A DNA stretch of 64,000 nucleotides from Macrostomum hystrix (lineage: Eukaryota > Animalia > Platyhelminthes). The stretch lies in the NCBI GenBank assembly GCA_950097015.1, contig CATNEN010000011.1:4836001-4900000 (forward strand). Reading direction: 5' to 3'. The position numbers and the translations under genes are program-made. Below are positions 1 to 11,709 of the stretch, one piece after another. Within the stretch, counting starts at the first letter, position 1, and the number at the start of each line of letters is the position of its first letter. The notes under the pieces were generated by a model. The model was not told where the DNA came from, made no database searches, and was given only the letters and a program-made list of their open reading frames with translations.

Positions 1-2675
1 GAGTAGCGATCTTTGTTGCGAACGGAAGCGACCTCGCCAAGCATGCCTTGCACAGTCTGGCGGATCAGGGCCTGCTCCTCTTCGTTAAGTCGGCTGCCAC
101 CGGCAGTGCGGTTAGATGCCGAGGCTGTTGAGGCTGGGCCAGATTTCTGGTAGGACACTGGAGTGCCGCGGTGACCAGCAGCTTGGATGCCAGACTGAAA
201 AGAAAAGATTGCAATTTTCGATGCTTGAGGATCTCTGAGGATGATTATCCTGATGAGAGGATCTGTGAGGATGATTATCCTGATGAGAGAATCTGTGAGG
301 ATGATTATCCTGATGAGAGGATCTGTGAGGATGATTATCCTGATGAAAGGATCTGTGAGGATGATTATCCTGATGAGAGAATCTGTGAGGATGATTATCC
401 TGATGAGAGGATCTGTGAGGATTATTATCCTGATGAAAGGATCTGTGAGGATGATTATCCTGATGAGAGGATCTCTGAGGATGATTATCCTGATGAGAGG
501 ATCTCTGAGGATGATTATCCTGATGACAGGATCTGTGAGGATGATTATCCTGTTGAGAGGATCTGTGAGGATGATTATCCAAAAGTGAGGATATTTATCT
601 CAATGTGAGGATCAGTGAGGATGATTATCCCAATGTGAGGATCTGTGAGGATAATTATCCCACTGTGAGGATCTGAGAGAATATATGATCTAGTAGGAAA
701 TGAAGTCAATGCGGGGATCTTGAAGAATAGAAATCCCTGTAAAGATCTTAAATGAAGGAAAAAGGGATCTGGGAAACTAGAATCCCTAATGAAGGACATT
801 AGGATCTAGGAGTTTTGATCCCATTAAGATAAGTTTGATCTTACTTAAATGAACTTACAGGTCCAATATTGGCGGGCCCAGGCGATGACACAGGAAAATC
901 GATGCCCGTGTATTTCACAGCCATCCGGGCATAATTAACCAAATCCCTGCGGTGGAATAGCAGGGCCGGATGCGCGGCGCAGATCTGAGCGGCAGCTTCG
1001 TTCACAGACAGCTCGTACAGAGTCAGGGGGCGACTCGACGGGCCGCTGGGACGGAACAGCATGGCGTGCCGACGTAGAAGAGCCAGCTGCGATTCAGTGG
1101 CAGTCTCTGGGCTGACACTCTGCAGGCGAACCATTTCCTGGTAGGCCTGGTAGCTGCCCAGTCGCTTGTGATAAGGCTCCGGATAGAAGACGCGATCCTG
1201 GCGTTGCATTTTTGGAGAAAATATTTGAGTATCATCGATTAGTCCATGGACTGGGAGACACCAAAGCCACCTTTGAAATATCCTATCTGATGCTGGGACC
1301 CATTTAACAGCTGGGAAAACTGAATTTATACAGATTAAAGTACAAAATTTATTCTAGTGGAGTTGGGAATCGAAACTCAGACCTTTAAGCCATGAGTCCG
1401 ACGTTGTAAGTACTATGCTACAACCCTCTATCCAGGTCTGGGGTGAAACCTCTAGAGCATTAAAATCTCTAGCCTGAGTCCCTTATAAACACAGGGGAGA
1501 TAAGAGCTTTTATGACAGGCAGACTAAATAAGAGCCTTAGTTATAAATTATGTGAAATCCGGCCTATCCTCCTGTAGCATGTGGCAACTAGATGAACTGA
1601 TAAATTAGAAAATTAGGTGCCTGATATTAGCTGGGATTCGAACTCAAGACCTCTTGAAAATAGTGAAAATCACCTTTAAACTCTTAAGAGTGAATGCGAC
1701 TGCGTCTTTCAAAGCGTCCAGATGCTCCTGCTGAAGGTAGGTACCGCGAAATTGAGCAGTGACATTGGCGGCCGAAGTTTTCGATAAGCCGCTGGGCACT
1801 CCAGCTTGAGCAGCCGATGCAGACGAAGCCGGCTTAGCTGTAGATGACGTCGCGGTGGCAGCGGCGGCAGTGGCAGCGGCGTGAGCGGATTGCATAACAT
1901 ACTGAATCTTGTGAATGCCATAGTCTAGGATGACAGGCTCATCAGGATTGGTCACCTCTTTGCGAGTGATCACATTGCCGTGCGAATCACTCAGGACAAC
2001 AGTTGGCGGGCCGCCGTTCCTGCCGGGCTCCTCCGTGATGATCAGCTGTTCCTCCTCGCCTTCGCCGCCGGCGTCAGCGGCTTGCTGCTGCTGCTGCTGC
2101 TGAGTAGCTTCAGCAGAACTCGATGCTTTCATGTCAATTTCAGTAGCCTAAGGGAGGTAGAAACAATGAACATACTTAGTAACAGCAACATATATACGAA
2201 TAATAGTGTACAACTGTTCAGTCCATAGACGCCACACACCAACAAGTTACCCTATGCTATTATTGTATTATATTTGCACCGGTACATCATTTAGTGACAG
2301 TGGACCTGCAGCCAACGAGGAGGCCATTCTGCCTATTTCGTTGACTCCTGAAACATCTGCCCTGGTTTGCAAAAGTGTGTGTGCTGGGTAAAGATTAACA
2401 AAAATATAATAGTTTTATACCTGCGATGGCTGCTGAACATTGGCAGCATCGCCAGCAGCTCCGATCTGCTGCTGTTGCTGATCAGTAGCCACAATGACAG
2501 CCTGACCCTCTTCATCAATTTGCAATGTTGCCTCGCCTGACAATATTCTTTGTGCATCCTGAGGTGTCACATAGGCATAGGATGGCTGGCCCTGATTAGC
2601 CTCATCAACAATGACTAGTTTGACAAGCTCCTGTCCGTTCTCATCTTTCACAATCTCTGCATCCATGTCAGCCAT
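1..2675 (-). CDS. Spliced gene (exons 2421-2675, 1674-2147, 859-1197, 1-194, continuing off the left edge) encoding a Q/A-rich protein with a NAB NCD2-like domain
   Basis: All junctions are GT-AG and phase 0 (exons 255, 474, 339 nt). Exon 3 encodes PLTLYELSVNEAAAQICAAHPALLFHRRDLVNYAR, resembling NAB NCD2 (LTLHELTVNEAAAQLC...LLTRRDELFALAR). Confidence 0.75.
229..680. repeat. Intronic 30-bp minisatellite (gaggatgattatcctgatgagaggatctgt), about 14-15 copies
   Basis: Tandem units read directly; explains the repetitive ORFs 112..582, 171..608 and 241..588. Confidence 0.95.
1240..1430 (+). mobile_element. Family B dispersed repeat (CORE/MIR-like SINE), fairly complete copy
   Basis: agtccatggactgg, then gctgggacccatttaacagctgggaaaactga, then gggaatcgaaactcagacct. 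Shared with copies near 2205, 8330, 16190, 33975, 36460, 40235, 47820, 51090 and 59500. Confidence 0.55.
2279..2375 (-). mobile_element. Family A tRNA-derived SINE, 3' fragment in an intron
   Basis: ggtacatcatttagtgacagtggacctgcagccaacgaggaggccattctgcctatttcgttgactcctga matches the copies at 14548 and 21560. Confidence 0.7.
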
Positions 2676-3709
2676 GACTGCTGCTTATTGAAGGTTAACA
2701 GATGTATTGTAAGTATAATAGTTTTCTTGAAGGAACTAATTTGCTCTGTAATAAAACATGTGCATTTAAGAATTTAAATTTAAATTTAAATTAAATTTAA
2801 GAAACAAGCTTTAATATTGAATGGATTCAACCTACAAATCAAGATAGACAAGTAAACAAAAATTACCTGCTCTAGTTTAAGTAACACAATTAACTCACTT
2901 AACTCAAATATAATGCCAAGTATTTGTTAAGTAACATGTTTTGTGGAATTATTAATGTGTACAAATAAAAAAGTTGGATATAAAGTAAAAAAATACAATG
3001 AATAAAAAATACATAAAGTTGCTGACTTTTATTATGAGGCCTGACTTATTTCAACCTTACTAATGCTGCTATTAACCTACATATTAGAAAAAAACTTATA
3101 AAAATACAATCTTTTGCCTTGTTAAGCTTTGACAATATTGTAGTATAAGTCAAATGTTTTAGTAGAGATAAAAACAATTTATGGCCTTCCTATGGCTTGG
3201 TAATGAAAAAAACATTTAAAATGTTTTACATCACAACCTCAAATGGCTAGACAGACAATATATCTAACAATAATCACTCGAATGGACAAGTTGCAACTCA
3301 AAGTTCTGGACTATGTAGGCACATATATCCTGTTTGACACTTATCTACAAGAGTGCATGTGGCACCATCTTTAGTCTTTGGCTTGTGCCAGAAAATTTTC
3401 ATATTTTAACCACTTATATCAGAGTATTGTCAAATATAAAAAAAATTTTTTTGACTTTTGCAAAAAATCTATTTGTATGAATAGTAACTTACAAAACAGG
3501 AAAAGTTAAATGTGTAACAAAAATCTGCCTAATATATAATAAGATATATTATGACACTTATAATTTACTTCAAATTTTATACTTCATAATCTACATAACA
3601 ATACATGACAAATGACAATCATCAAGCTAGTAATCTATAATTGTTAGCATTATCAGAAAAAATATATTTATGCGTAATTATTCAAAAAAACACAAGCTAA
3701 GGCAGGCTA

Positions 3710-4005
3710 CATACATGTGCAACACCTGGCCGAACTGGCCGGTTGAAATGAGGGCCAAGCAAGGTAAGTCACAAAAACCAATTGACCAAGTGCAAAAAAA
3801 TCAAAGGGGGGGGGGCCAAGGGACAAAAAAGGAAGGAGTGAAGAAAAGGAAAGATGGGAGAGAAAAAGAGAGCAAATGAGAGCAAACTAAGTCGTAAGTA
3901 GAGCAATGAAACAAACTAAGTCACAAATGAGAGCAAACTAAGTCATAAATAGAGCAAAAACTAAGTCGCATGGCTGGCTAAGATTTGGGAGGTTGCACAT
4001 GTATG
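3710..4005. mobile_element. Non-autonomous hAT-type MITE, 296 bp
   Basis: Perfect 14-bp TIR CATACATGTGCAAC/GTTGCACATGTATG flanked by the 8-bp direct repeat GCAGGCTA (3702-3709, 4006-4013); 8-bp TSDs are typical of hAT. Confidence 0.85.
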
Positions 4006-7000
4006 GCAGGCTATAATGTGGAAAGTCAGAGATACATAGTCATAGTTTGTGCAAAGTTAGATTATGCCATTTCCCCCTATAAAAATTACTTTTGAAGTAT
4101 AGTATAAAGAACACTATCTTGATTATAGAAAACTTTTTCATAGCCCAGATCATTCTATGTGCAAGCAAAAAGAAAATAGCAAAAAATATATTTACATGCC
4201 AGTGTGGCCTGCAGAAACAAAATCATAGGGTGAAAAGTTATAATTTAAATTTATAAATGACATAATATATGAAGGAGGAAACAGTATGATTTGTCATAAT
4301 TAAAAAGGATAAAGTTGTTTGCATACAATATTTAACTAAAACCAATAGAGTATTGACGAACCAAAAGGGTAATGTATCATCAACCAAACAAGAATGTGTA
4401 TTTTTTTAACTTCAAACCTAAGCTACAGATTTTCTATTTAAGATATGATGATAAATCAAAAGCCAAGTTATAGAAAACAGTTACATCTTTCTAAAAAGTA
4501 TCTGCTTTTGCTATTTTATCAAATAGAAAAAAGTTATTCCTGTTTTTTATCTAAAACCGAACAATGATTTTTATGTATCTTCAAACTAAACAGAGAATTT
4601 GATGTTTGGTTTTACAATTTGAGTGAGTGGTTTAATCTTGTTTTAAGGAGTGAACTATCATGAATTATGTAATTTGAAAGCATTTTTCATGCTCTATAAA
4701 TAACTACATTTATGGTCATTTAATTGGCAAGAAACCACATACAATCTTCATCTAAAGTACATACTGAAAAATGTTGTTAAAAAGTATGCTTTTGCAATAA
4801 AAATGTCTACTAAAACATCAATATCTTTCTTTCCTCTTAATGTTTCATTGCACATCATGCCTCAGCTTGTAGATAATTTCTTTAACTTTTAAATTAGTTG
4901 TTCTGTGAAACACAATAGCTTGTTTCTGTCTTGCATGAGACCAAGGAAGAAGTCAAAATTCATGTTCGGTTTTGAAAATACACTGTTTGGTTGATGATAC
5001 ATTACCCTAATGATTAATCAATGTTAACTATTTTATAGATGACTTATTTTCTGGTATGCATCTTTGAATGAATTTAAATCTAACTTCAAACAGAATTTTT
5101 TATTGTGCTGGTGCATGTTGTTAAAAATAGATTTTTTTATGTAAATCGCTTTTTGTAGGACAAAAATTTTAATAATATAGCTAGAAGTTAACTTTAATGA
5201 ATGACTTATTTATAATATTGATAACACTAAGTTATTATTTCATGTGGAGCTCAATGTTGTAAAGCTACTGTGACAACAGAAAAAGTCTTTATACAATACT
5301 TATATATACTAATTTTATATTACAATACTATTATGAATTAGCAAAAGGAAGCTCCATCAGTGCTAAATAGAAATAAAGATAGGCCTAATAGTTTAATTGG
5401 CAAATGAAAAACTATGAAACTATGAAAAAACAGTTTTTGATAATCTAAAATTTTCAGATTAGATACACCATTTTTTTAGGAAAAAAATCTAAAAGTGAGT
5501 GATAGGCCTAATGCTGAATAACTGCTTGCTTTCCATTAACTCACCAAAGGGACTGTAATTTTTGTTTGCTGTTGCTAAAATGTGTACAATGCCTAATTGT
5601 AAGTTAAAAAATGGCTTTAATTTTTTTCTGCCCTGATTAAAAAACACTCTGAAAACAAAACACTGTAAAAGGGATTATGTAAAATAAATTTATATTTTCT
5701 AGAATAAATGATCATTGATTGGTTGACTTCCAATCACGATCAGGACTTTCCTAAGTCAGGAAAGTTAACTTAAGATAACCTGACACTGTCACACTGATGA
5801 TATTCAGAAATTATTTTAGTGATACATAAATAACATGTGATATATCTACTAGAGGGTTCGATTTTTAATTATAGAATGCTACCGCGAAAACATTCGATTT
5901 AACGGGAGCTTTTTAAAACGGTGAAATAAGCTTTACCAAAAATATTCAAAATTTTTAATTTTCAGCAAAACAACAATTTAATTAAATAAAAAATAATTTA
6001 GATTATCATAATCTTCACCTATCGCATTTTAACGTGCTAAATATTTCATAAATACTTCTTCAAACAATGCTAAAGCGTTAGTCGACTTGATATTGTTGAA
6101 AGTTAATTGTCGTAAATTTGTAGCAAAAATGCGTTCTGAATTGTTGTTCAATGCATTTAGCATTTAAGCGTTAAAACAACATTGTATTATTACCATTATA
6201 TATATGTCCTATATTCTTTATATTATTACATTAAATTTTATTATTATATTTTCTTAAGCGTTAGGTTGACTCATTTACCTAAAAAACTTTCTACATTAAA
6301 AATATTAAAGGTATTTAAAATAGCGGTGTCTGATAATGCAACATGCACCAATTTAAAGTTTTTTAAGCTGACATTTTATTGGATGCTCGTCTGTGAAATT
6401 AAAGTACACACTCTTTTCCTTTTTGCCACTTTTGTTAAGACATTATTAGTGCAAAAAATAAATGGCACATTCACTTTTGCTAGTTAAACTATCTTTTTGT
6501 GGGAGAAAATCAAATCCAAATAAATTCATCGAAAAGTATACGTCTCACCTAACAGAGAAGACTACCAAAAAACGGGAAATTTGTTTGAAAATTATAATCT
6601 AACCCATCATGACCCACTTGAATATAAACTCGACAATGACGGTGAAAGCTGTCTTGGTGAAAATAAGATTTATAAAAATGCACTGTTGTCAGTGATAAAA
6701 TATATATTTACAAAGGATGTGTTAAATCACAGCTTGAATCTATTAAATAAATCATTGACGTAAAATTTTGATTTTAATATAGTCGTATATGTTGATGTCA
6801 ATGGAAAGCAAGGAGATTGCACGGTTGCTCATTCCAGTTTGAGAGAGAATCATTAGGAAAATGCAGTTCGACCTGATTTACCTTCATCAAGTCAGGTCAG
6901 GTACTATTTTTTTTGTTTTACTTTGCTTTTATAATGCAGGCAGTTAGTTAAAAGAGAGTTCTATGATCTCGATGGAAACTACCCTACCTGCTACTCGTGT

Positions 7001-7665
7001 CAGGAAGCATTGAATGATCAATTGCATTATTCAGCTCTTTTTTGTTTTCATTGAATTCCATGTGCACTTCAATGCAAATAATGACTCTACGCCCTTCCGG
7101 ACTTTCGCAAGTGTCAATTCTCTTCAGAAGCCACTTTCTAAATAAAACTCTTTTCCGCAGGCTAAATAGCAGGGGCGGAGCAGTCCGCACTGTGGACATT
7201 AGGTGCACCGCGGCTATAATAAGTTTTGCGCCAGAATAAAATGGTTATTTTTTCCCAAAGGAATTGTCCTGTGTCATAGAAAAACACTTCTCTGCGAAAG
7301 AATGGTAGTATAAGAGCTATACTTTTGAGCACTTTAGGATTTAGTAATCGATTTTTGGCCATAGCACCAAGGTGCACACTTACTGGACACTAACGCTTCC
7401 CTCACGCTGTTATGCCTGCGCGCTGATTTCTTCAAATTCAGCAGCCCAGCACACGCAGGGGAGCCAGTCAAAAGATTGTTCAAGCCGCATTGCTGTTTGC
7501 TCTATGCATGGGGGGACGACATGAGGCCAACCCGCGCTAACACCTGACCACACTGTCGCCTATATAACCAGTCTGAACTAATGCCAGCCCACAAAAAGGG
7601 CGTCCTTATATTGAGAGTCATAACAAGGTAACTTATACACTCTGATAAGTGCTTCAAAACGCAGC

Positions 7666-8124
7666 ATGGGGGGCACACAGTCGTGGCTGGCTTGCGACGG
7701 CACTTACCCGACTGCGGCCCCGGTGCCAGGCCAGCAGCAGGCAGCTCCTGGAGGTCTACCAGACGGCAACCTTCTCATAGCTGTGATCATGTTCGTTGTC
7801 ACGGTCTTCCTGCTGTTGAGCCTGACCTGCCTGGGTCACTGCATTGCCATCGCCTGGCGAAGGAAGCCGCCAATGGACCACTCCGCGGCCGCCGTTCACT
7901 CGGCCAGCCAGCATTCAGCTTCAGTTCACGTGACTATGGAAGCTGAGAATGAAGAGCTGACAGCCTCCGACATGAGCTCTTCCGACAGTGACGAATCTGA
8001 CATTGACAGCGTCACGGCCAGGGCGATGCAGCTGGCGGCAAGTCGGCGAATGAGCCGCAGCCCCGCCGCTGTTGGTGGCATAGGAAAACACAATGGGTTT
8101 GACAATGGGGGCTTTGTGCACTAG
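7666..8124 (+). CDS. Small single-pass membrane protein, 152 aa, unknown function
   Basis: GC-rich ORF in AT-rich flanks; hydrophobic LLIAVIMFVVTVFLLLSLTCLGHCIAIAW followed by RRK; acidic Ser-rich tail ending FDNGGFVH. Confidence 0.7.
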   Translation: MGGTQSWLACDGTYPTAAPVPGQQQAAPGGLPDGNLLIAVIMFVVTVFLLLSLTCLGHCIAIAWRRKPPMDHSAAAVHSASQHSASVHVTMEAENEELTASDMSSSDSDESDIDSVTARAMQLAASRRMSRSPAAVGGIGKHNGFDNGGFVH

Positions 8125-8319
8125 GTTTGTAGGTATTGAACCTTCCAATTTGATGCTATGTTGCGCTATGAATTGCATCAGTTTGTATGTATCAAATTAA
8201 ATAAACTATTTCAAGAATTGCGTCGAAAACAAAGTAGTGTGTCTTACTAATGGCGTCTCCTAAGTGCGTCTCCCTAACTGATTGAAATGATAAGCCTATC
8301 TAGGCTGCAAATGATGGTC

Positions 8320-8530
8320 CAGCGCTTCCAAAGCCTGTGTACAACATGTCAGTCCATGGACTTGTGGCCGCAAAACCCACCGAAAATTCTCTCCCAGTTG
8401 ATGCTGGTACCCATTTTACAGCTGGGGAAACTGAAGCAAAATTGAATTATGATTTTCTTCAAGCACCCAAATATTGCATCGCATATGGACTGAGTTCATT
8501 CGGGCTATGTACTCTGAAAGCAAGTACGAT
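8320..8530 (+). mobile_element. Family B dispersed repeat (CORE/MIR-like)
   Basis: gcgcttccaaagcctgtgtacaacatgtcagtccatggact, then gctggtacccattttacagctggggaaactgaagc, which resembles the MIR core cccattttacagatgaggaaactgaggc. Confidence 0.6.
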
Positions 8531-8961
8531 GAATCTGCTGCCTGTACCTTGGATTAGTATGAAGGCCGTCACATTTCTTGGAAATTATACTGCCTGCCTT
8601 GTCAAAACCCCGTCCAATGTCTGACAATAAAGTGCAAACGAAAAAACGGAGAGATGGCGAGACTTTTCTGAAAGATGTACTCATCCGTCCAGCACTGTAC
8701 TCATTTCTCCAGTACAATAGAAAAAGGGATACTTTTAACTGTTTTTTCAGTACTGCTTTCGGCGAATGAACAATAGACCAAATAAATATAAGCTTTCACA
8801 GCTATCTGCCACAGCAAAATGCGTCTATCTATTTCATTAGCAGTTTATATATTGCTGTATAATTTAAATTCAACACTAACAAACAAGAAAAAGTAAAAAA
8901 ACGCGTGAGTTTTCGTTATAAAACAGAAGCTTCACAGACAACAACTTGAGAAGTCAGGACT

Positions 8962-11709
8962 ATGACACTCTCATTGGACCAACTGGAGTGTCACTTCACG
9001 TGGTGTCCTGAGAAAGGAAGCACCAAGTCTGCAAACATCGAGGATGTGATTGAGAAGACTCAGAGAAAGATTGAACGCGAGCCGCACAAGAAAGCCGCGC
9101 ACCTCGCCACGCTGGCCTACCTGCACACCATAAAGCCGAAGGTGGACTACGCAGAAGCGAAAAAATGTCTCGAGATAGCTCTGAGCATCGATGAGCAAGT
9201 TCAGATGGAAGGCCAACAGGATGACAATGTGTCGAGTGAGTTCGTCATCAGAGCCGACATGCTTCACCTTGAGCAAAAGAGAAAAGGGAAGAAGCCTCTA
9301 AAGTCTGGTGAAATGAGGCAAGAATTGGAACTTCTGAACAAGCTGTGGCAGGACCCAGTCAACAGAGCTCGAGTGTTCGGAGTGAAGGGCGTTGCCTTTG
9401 ACTGTTTCGGTCCGAAGAAGTATTGTGAAGGCGTCAAGGCCTTTGCGGCGGCACGTGAGACGCAGCCAGATAATTTCAACTGGCTTTACGGTGAGGCATA
9501 TTTAAGAGCTCGATGTGACAGGCAGACGGCTAAGAAGGCTGCAGACAATGAGCAGGTGGAACTATGGATAAAGGCCAGACTTGTTGGTGAGCCGAGGGGA
9601 CTTACGTCTGCTACTTTTTATGCGAATTTCGCTGAAGCAATTTTGCATAATATGAAGCATGGAAAGCAATGTCTTGAACTGGCAGAGAAGGCCATGGATT
9701 TTTTCCTCAACTATTCAATTGAGAAGAAAAAACTAGATCCAGTCGTGTACATTATCTGCTTCAAGCTTTTTCGACATCTTAACTGGCGCCAGTTCAACAC
9801 GAAGGATCGTCATGAAGACTTGATGAAGGACGCTTTAAAAACCGCTGCTTGCTTGGGAGATCCCGCGTTTTATCTGGATCTGTCATACGCAACAGACAAT
9901 AAAGAAAAGGCTATCGAATTCCTGATGGCTGGTAAAAATCTGGCTCCTGATCCTGGAAATCACTGGATTGAGCTGCGGATTTTAGAGCTTCGGAGTGACG
10001 AATGGGACGCAGACCGAATCCTCGCCAAATTTGACTCGCTGAGAGACACTTTCTCGAGTTACGATAAAAACGTCTCCGTCATAGAGTTTTGCAAAGCTCT
10101 GTATTTGATAAAACGACGCGAAACAAAGCCGGCAATGAGCTCATGTATTGAAGCTGTTGAGGCGAATCCATCGTTAGAACTGGTATCAAAAGGAAAGAAG
10201 ATTGACTTTTTCCAACACATTTCTGACCAGAAACATAATCACGAGGAGTACCTGGCCTGGTACGCTGCCAATGTCATAAACCTGGCTGCAAAATTGAACT
10301 TAGAGTCTCTCTACAAGACTGCCCTGTCCCGCGATGCTAGCAATGAGTTCGCCCAGGAACATCTGGGCCGCTACTACATGAAGACGGGACAGTTCGAAAA
10401 CGCTGCCAAATGCTTTAGGGAGCTGCCAGCCGAAAATGACAACAGACGCAAGCTGCTCGCTGAAGCAATTCTCGAAATGACTGCAGCTGCTGCTGACTTG
10501 GACCTCCTGCAGGAGTGTCTCAGCCTTGGCTGCATAGATGCAGCTCCGAAAATTTTTGATGCCCTGAATCGAGAGAAGGAAAAGCAGGACACTGCTCGCA
10601 GAGTAATGGACGAAGCTTCAAATAGTGGCAGCGATGTTGGGCTAAAACCGTTGTTCTTCAGCACTCAGTTGTATGAGCTGTGCGCTGAAGTGGTGGCCAC
10701 GCTACAGGATTCGAACAGCTTTTCGCTTTATAAGACAGAATCGACTAGTGATCTTTTCGAGTTGGTGAAGCAGAGGATTGCCAAGTTTTTAGAGCTGGAC
10801 CAGCTCATGAGCACAGTGGCATCGACTCGGCCCAACGATGGCACAGCTGACCGGGGAAACCTGATGAGGTCGAGCAGACTACGCTTAACTGAGCAGCGTC
10901 TTGAGAAAGGAAGCAAAACTCAACAACAAATGCAGGAGCTCAACAATCTCATCGTATCAGTACTGAAGGAGTCGAAGGAGGTTCTAGACCGCTCTTTAGC
11001 TGTCTTACTTTCTCGGTGCAAAAAAGAAGTCAAGGAAACAAAAAATTCGACACGAGCTCGTAAAGAGAAAGATAAAAAAAGCAAAAATACCGATCACTAT
11101 TATCCTCATGCGTTCAACAAAATCAAGAAGCAGCTTGGTAGTGCCTACCAAAAAGAACTCAACAAGCTGGCTTCGGATGGTCAGGATACAAAAGCTTTCG
11201 AGCGGAACTCATTGATAGCCGCCTTTCTTAAAGAAGCAAAGGATTTTCAAACCGAACCGGGAACTACTTTGGTATCGCTTGAGAATGTTCGAAGATGTCT
11301 TTTAGATGCTGTCTCCGAAATCGACCCAAACTTTCATCAGCAGAAGAGCACCAAAGATATATTTGAATTCATGGCGAGCCGTGAGCACAGGATCCTGTCT
11401 AAGGAGGACTGCTGGATAGTACGCTGGATCTACCTGGCAAATAGCGAGAAGCACTCGGATGAAATTATAGTGGCAGAGCTGGAGGAGCAGCTGCGCTCTG
11501 ATTGGTCGGGATGCGGTCAGTGCGACAGGACTGCGTACCGCCTGGCGCACCTCGCAGCGGAGTTCGCTGAAGAGACCTGGGCCGTGTTCTCAGCTGGAAA
11601 TCGGTCAGCAGGAAAGGCTGATGCCGAAGCTCCTGAAAGCGCTATTCTCCAAGGAGCCGAAGGCCAAAGTGTGGCGTCTTGTCGGCAAAGCCCAAAAAAT
11701 GAGGACTGA
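8962..11709 (+). CDS. IFIT-like TPR protein A, 915 aa, intronless, with an extra C-terminal helical domain (HEPN-like candidate)
   Basis: N-terminal LDQLECHFTW is the IFIT hallmark; HLATLAYL; KGVAFDCFGPKKY...AFAAARETQPDNFNWLYGEAYLRARCD parallels IFIT5 KGWALLKFGGKYY...[27 protein letters not shown]; later TPR-like repeats (LGRYYMKTGQFENAAKCF). Confidence 0.85.
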   Translation: MTLSLDQLECHFTWCPEKGSTKSANIEDVIEKTQRKIEREPHKKAAHLATLAYLHTIKPKVDYAEAKKCLEIALSIDEQVQMEGQQDDNVSSEFVIRADMLHLEQKRKGKKPLKSGEMRQELELLNKLWQDPVNRARVFGVKGVAFDCFGPKKYCEGVKAFAAARETQPDNFNWLYGEAYLRARCDRQTAKKAADNEQVELWIKARLVGEPRGLTSATFYANFAEAILHNMKHGKQCLELAEKAMDFFLNYSIEKKKLDPVVYIICFKLFRHLNWRQFNTKDRHEDLMKDALKTAACLGDPAFYLDLSYATDNKEKAIEFLMAGKNLAPDPGNHWIELRILELRSDEWDADRILAKFDSLRDTFSSYDKNVSVIEFCKALYLIKRRETKPAMSSCIEAVEANPSLELVSKGKKIDFFQHISDQKHNHEEYLAWYAANVINLAAKLNLESLYKTALSRDASNEFAQEHLGRYYMKTGQFENAAKCFRELPAENDNRRKLLAEAILEMTAAAADLDLLQECLSLGCIDAAPKIFDALNREKEKQDTARRVMDEASNSGSDVGLKPLFFSTQLYELCAEVVATLQDSNSFSLYKTESTSDLFELVKQRIAKFLELDQLMSTVASTRPNDGTADRGNLMRSSRLRLTEQRLEKGSKTQQQMQELNNLIVSVLKESKEVLDRSLAVLLSRCKKEVKETKNSTRARKEKDKKSKNTDHYYPHAFNKIKKQLGSAYQKELNKLASDGQDTKAFERNSLIAAFLKEAKDFQTEPGTTLVSLENVRRCLLDAVSEIDPNFHQQKSTKDIFEFMASREHRILSKEDCWIVRWIYLANSEKHSDEIIVAELEEQLRSDWSGCGQCDRTAYRLAHLAAEFAEETWAVFSAGNRSAGKADAEAPESAILQGAEGQSVASCRQSPKNED

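Noticed and set aside
112-608. Repetitive ORFs on both strands (DNHPHRSSHQ, EDDYPDERIC)
   Set aside because: Translations of the intronic 30-bp minisatellite; open in several frames and bypassed by consistent splice sites.
6540-7150. Exon-like islands (THHDPLEYKLDNDGESCLGENK and others)
   Set aside because: No phase-consistent gene model, in-frame stops nearby, and no recognisable domain.
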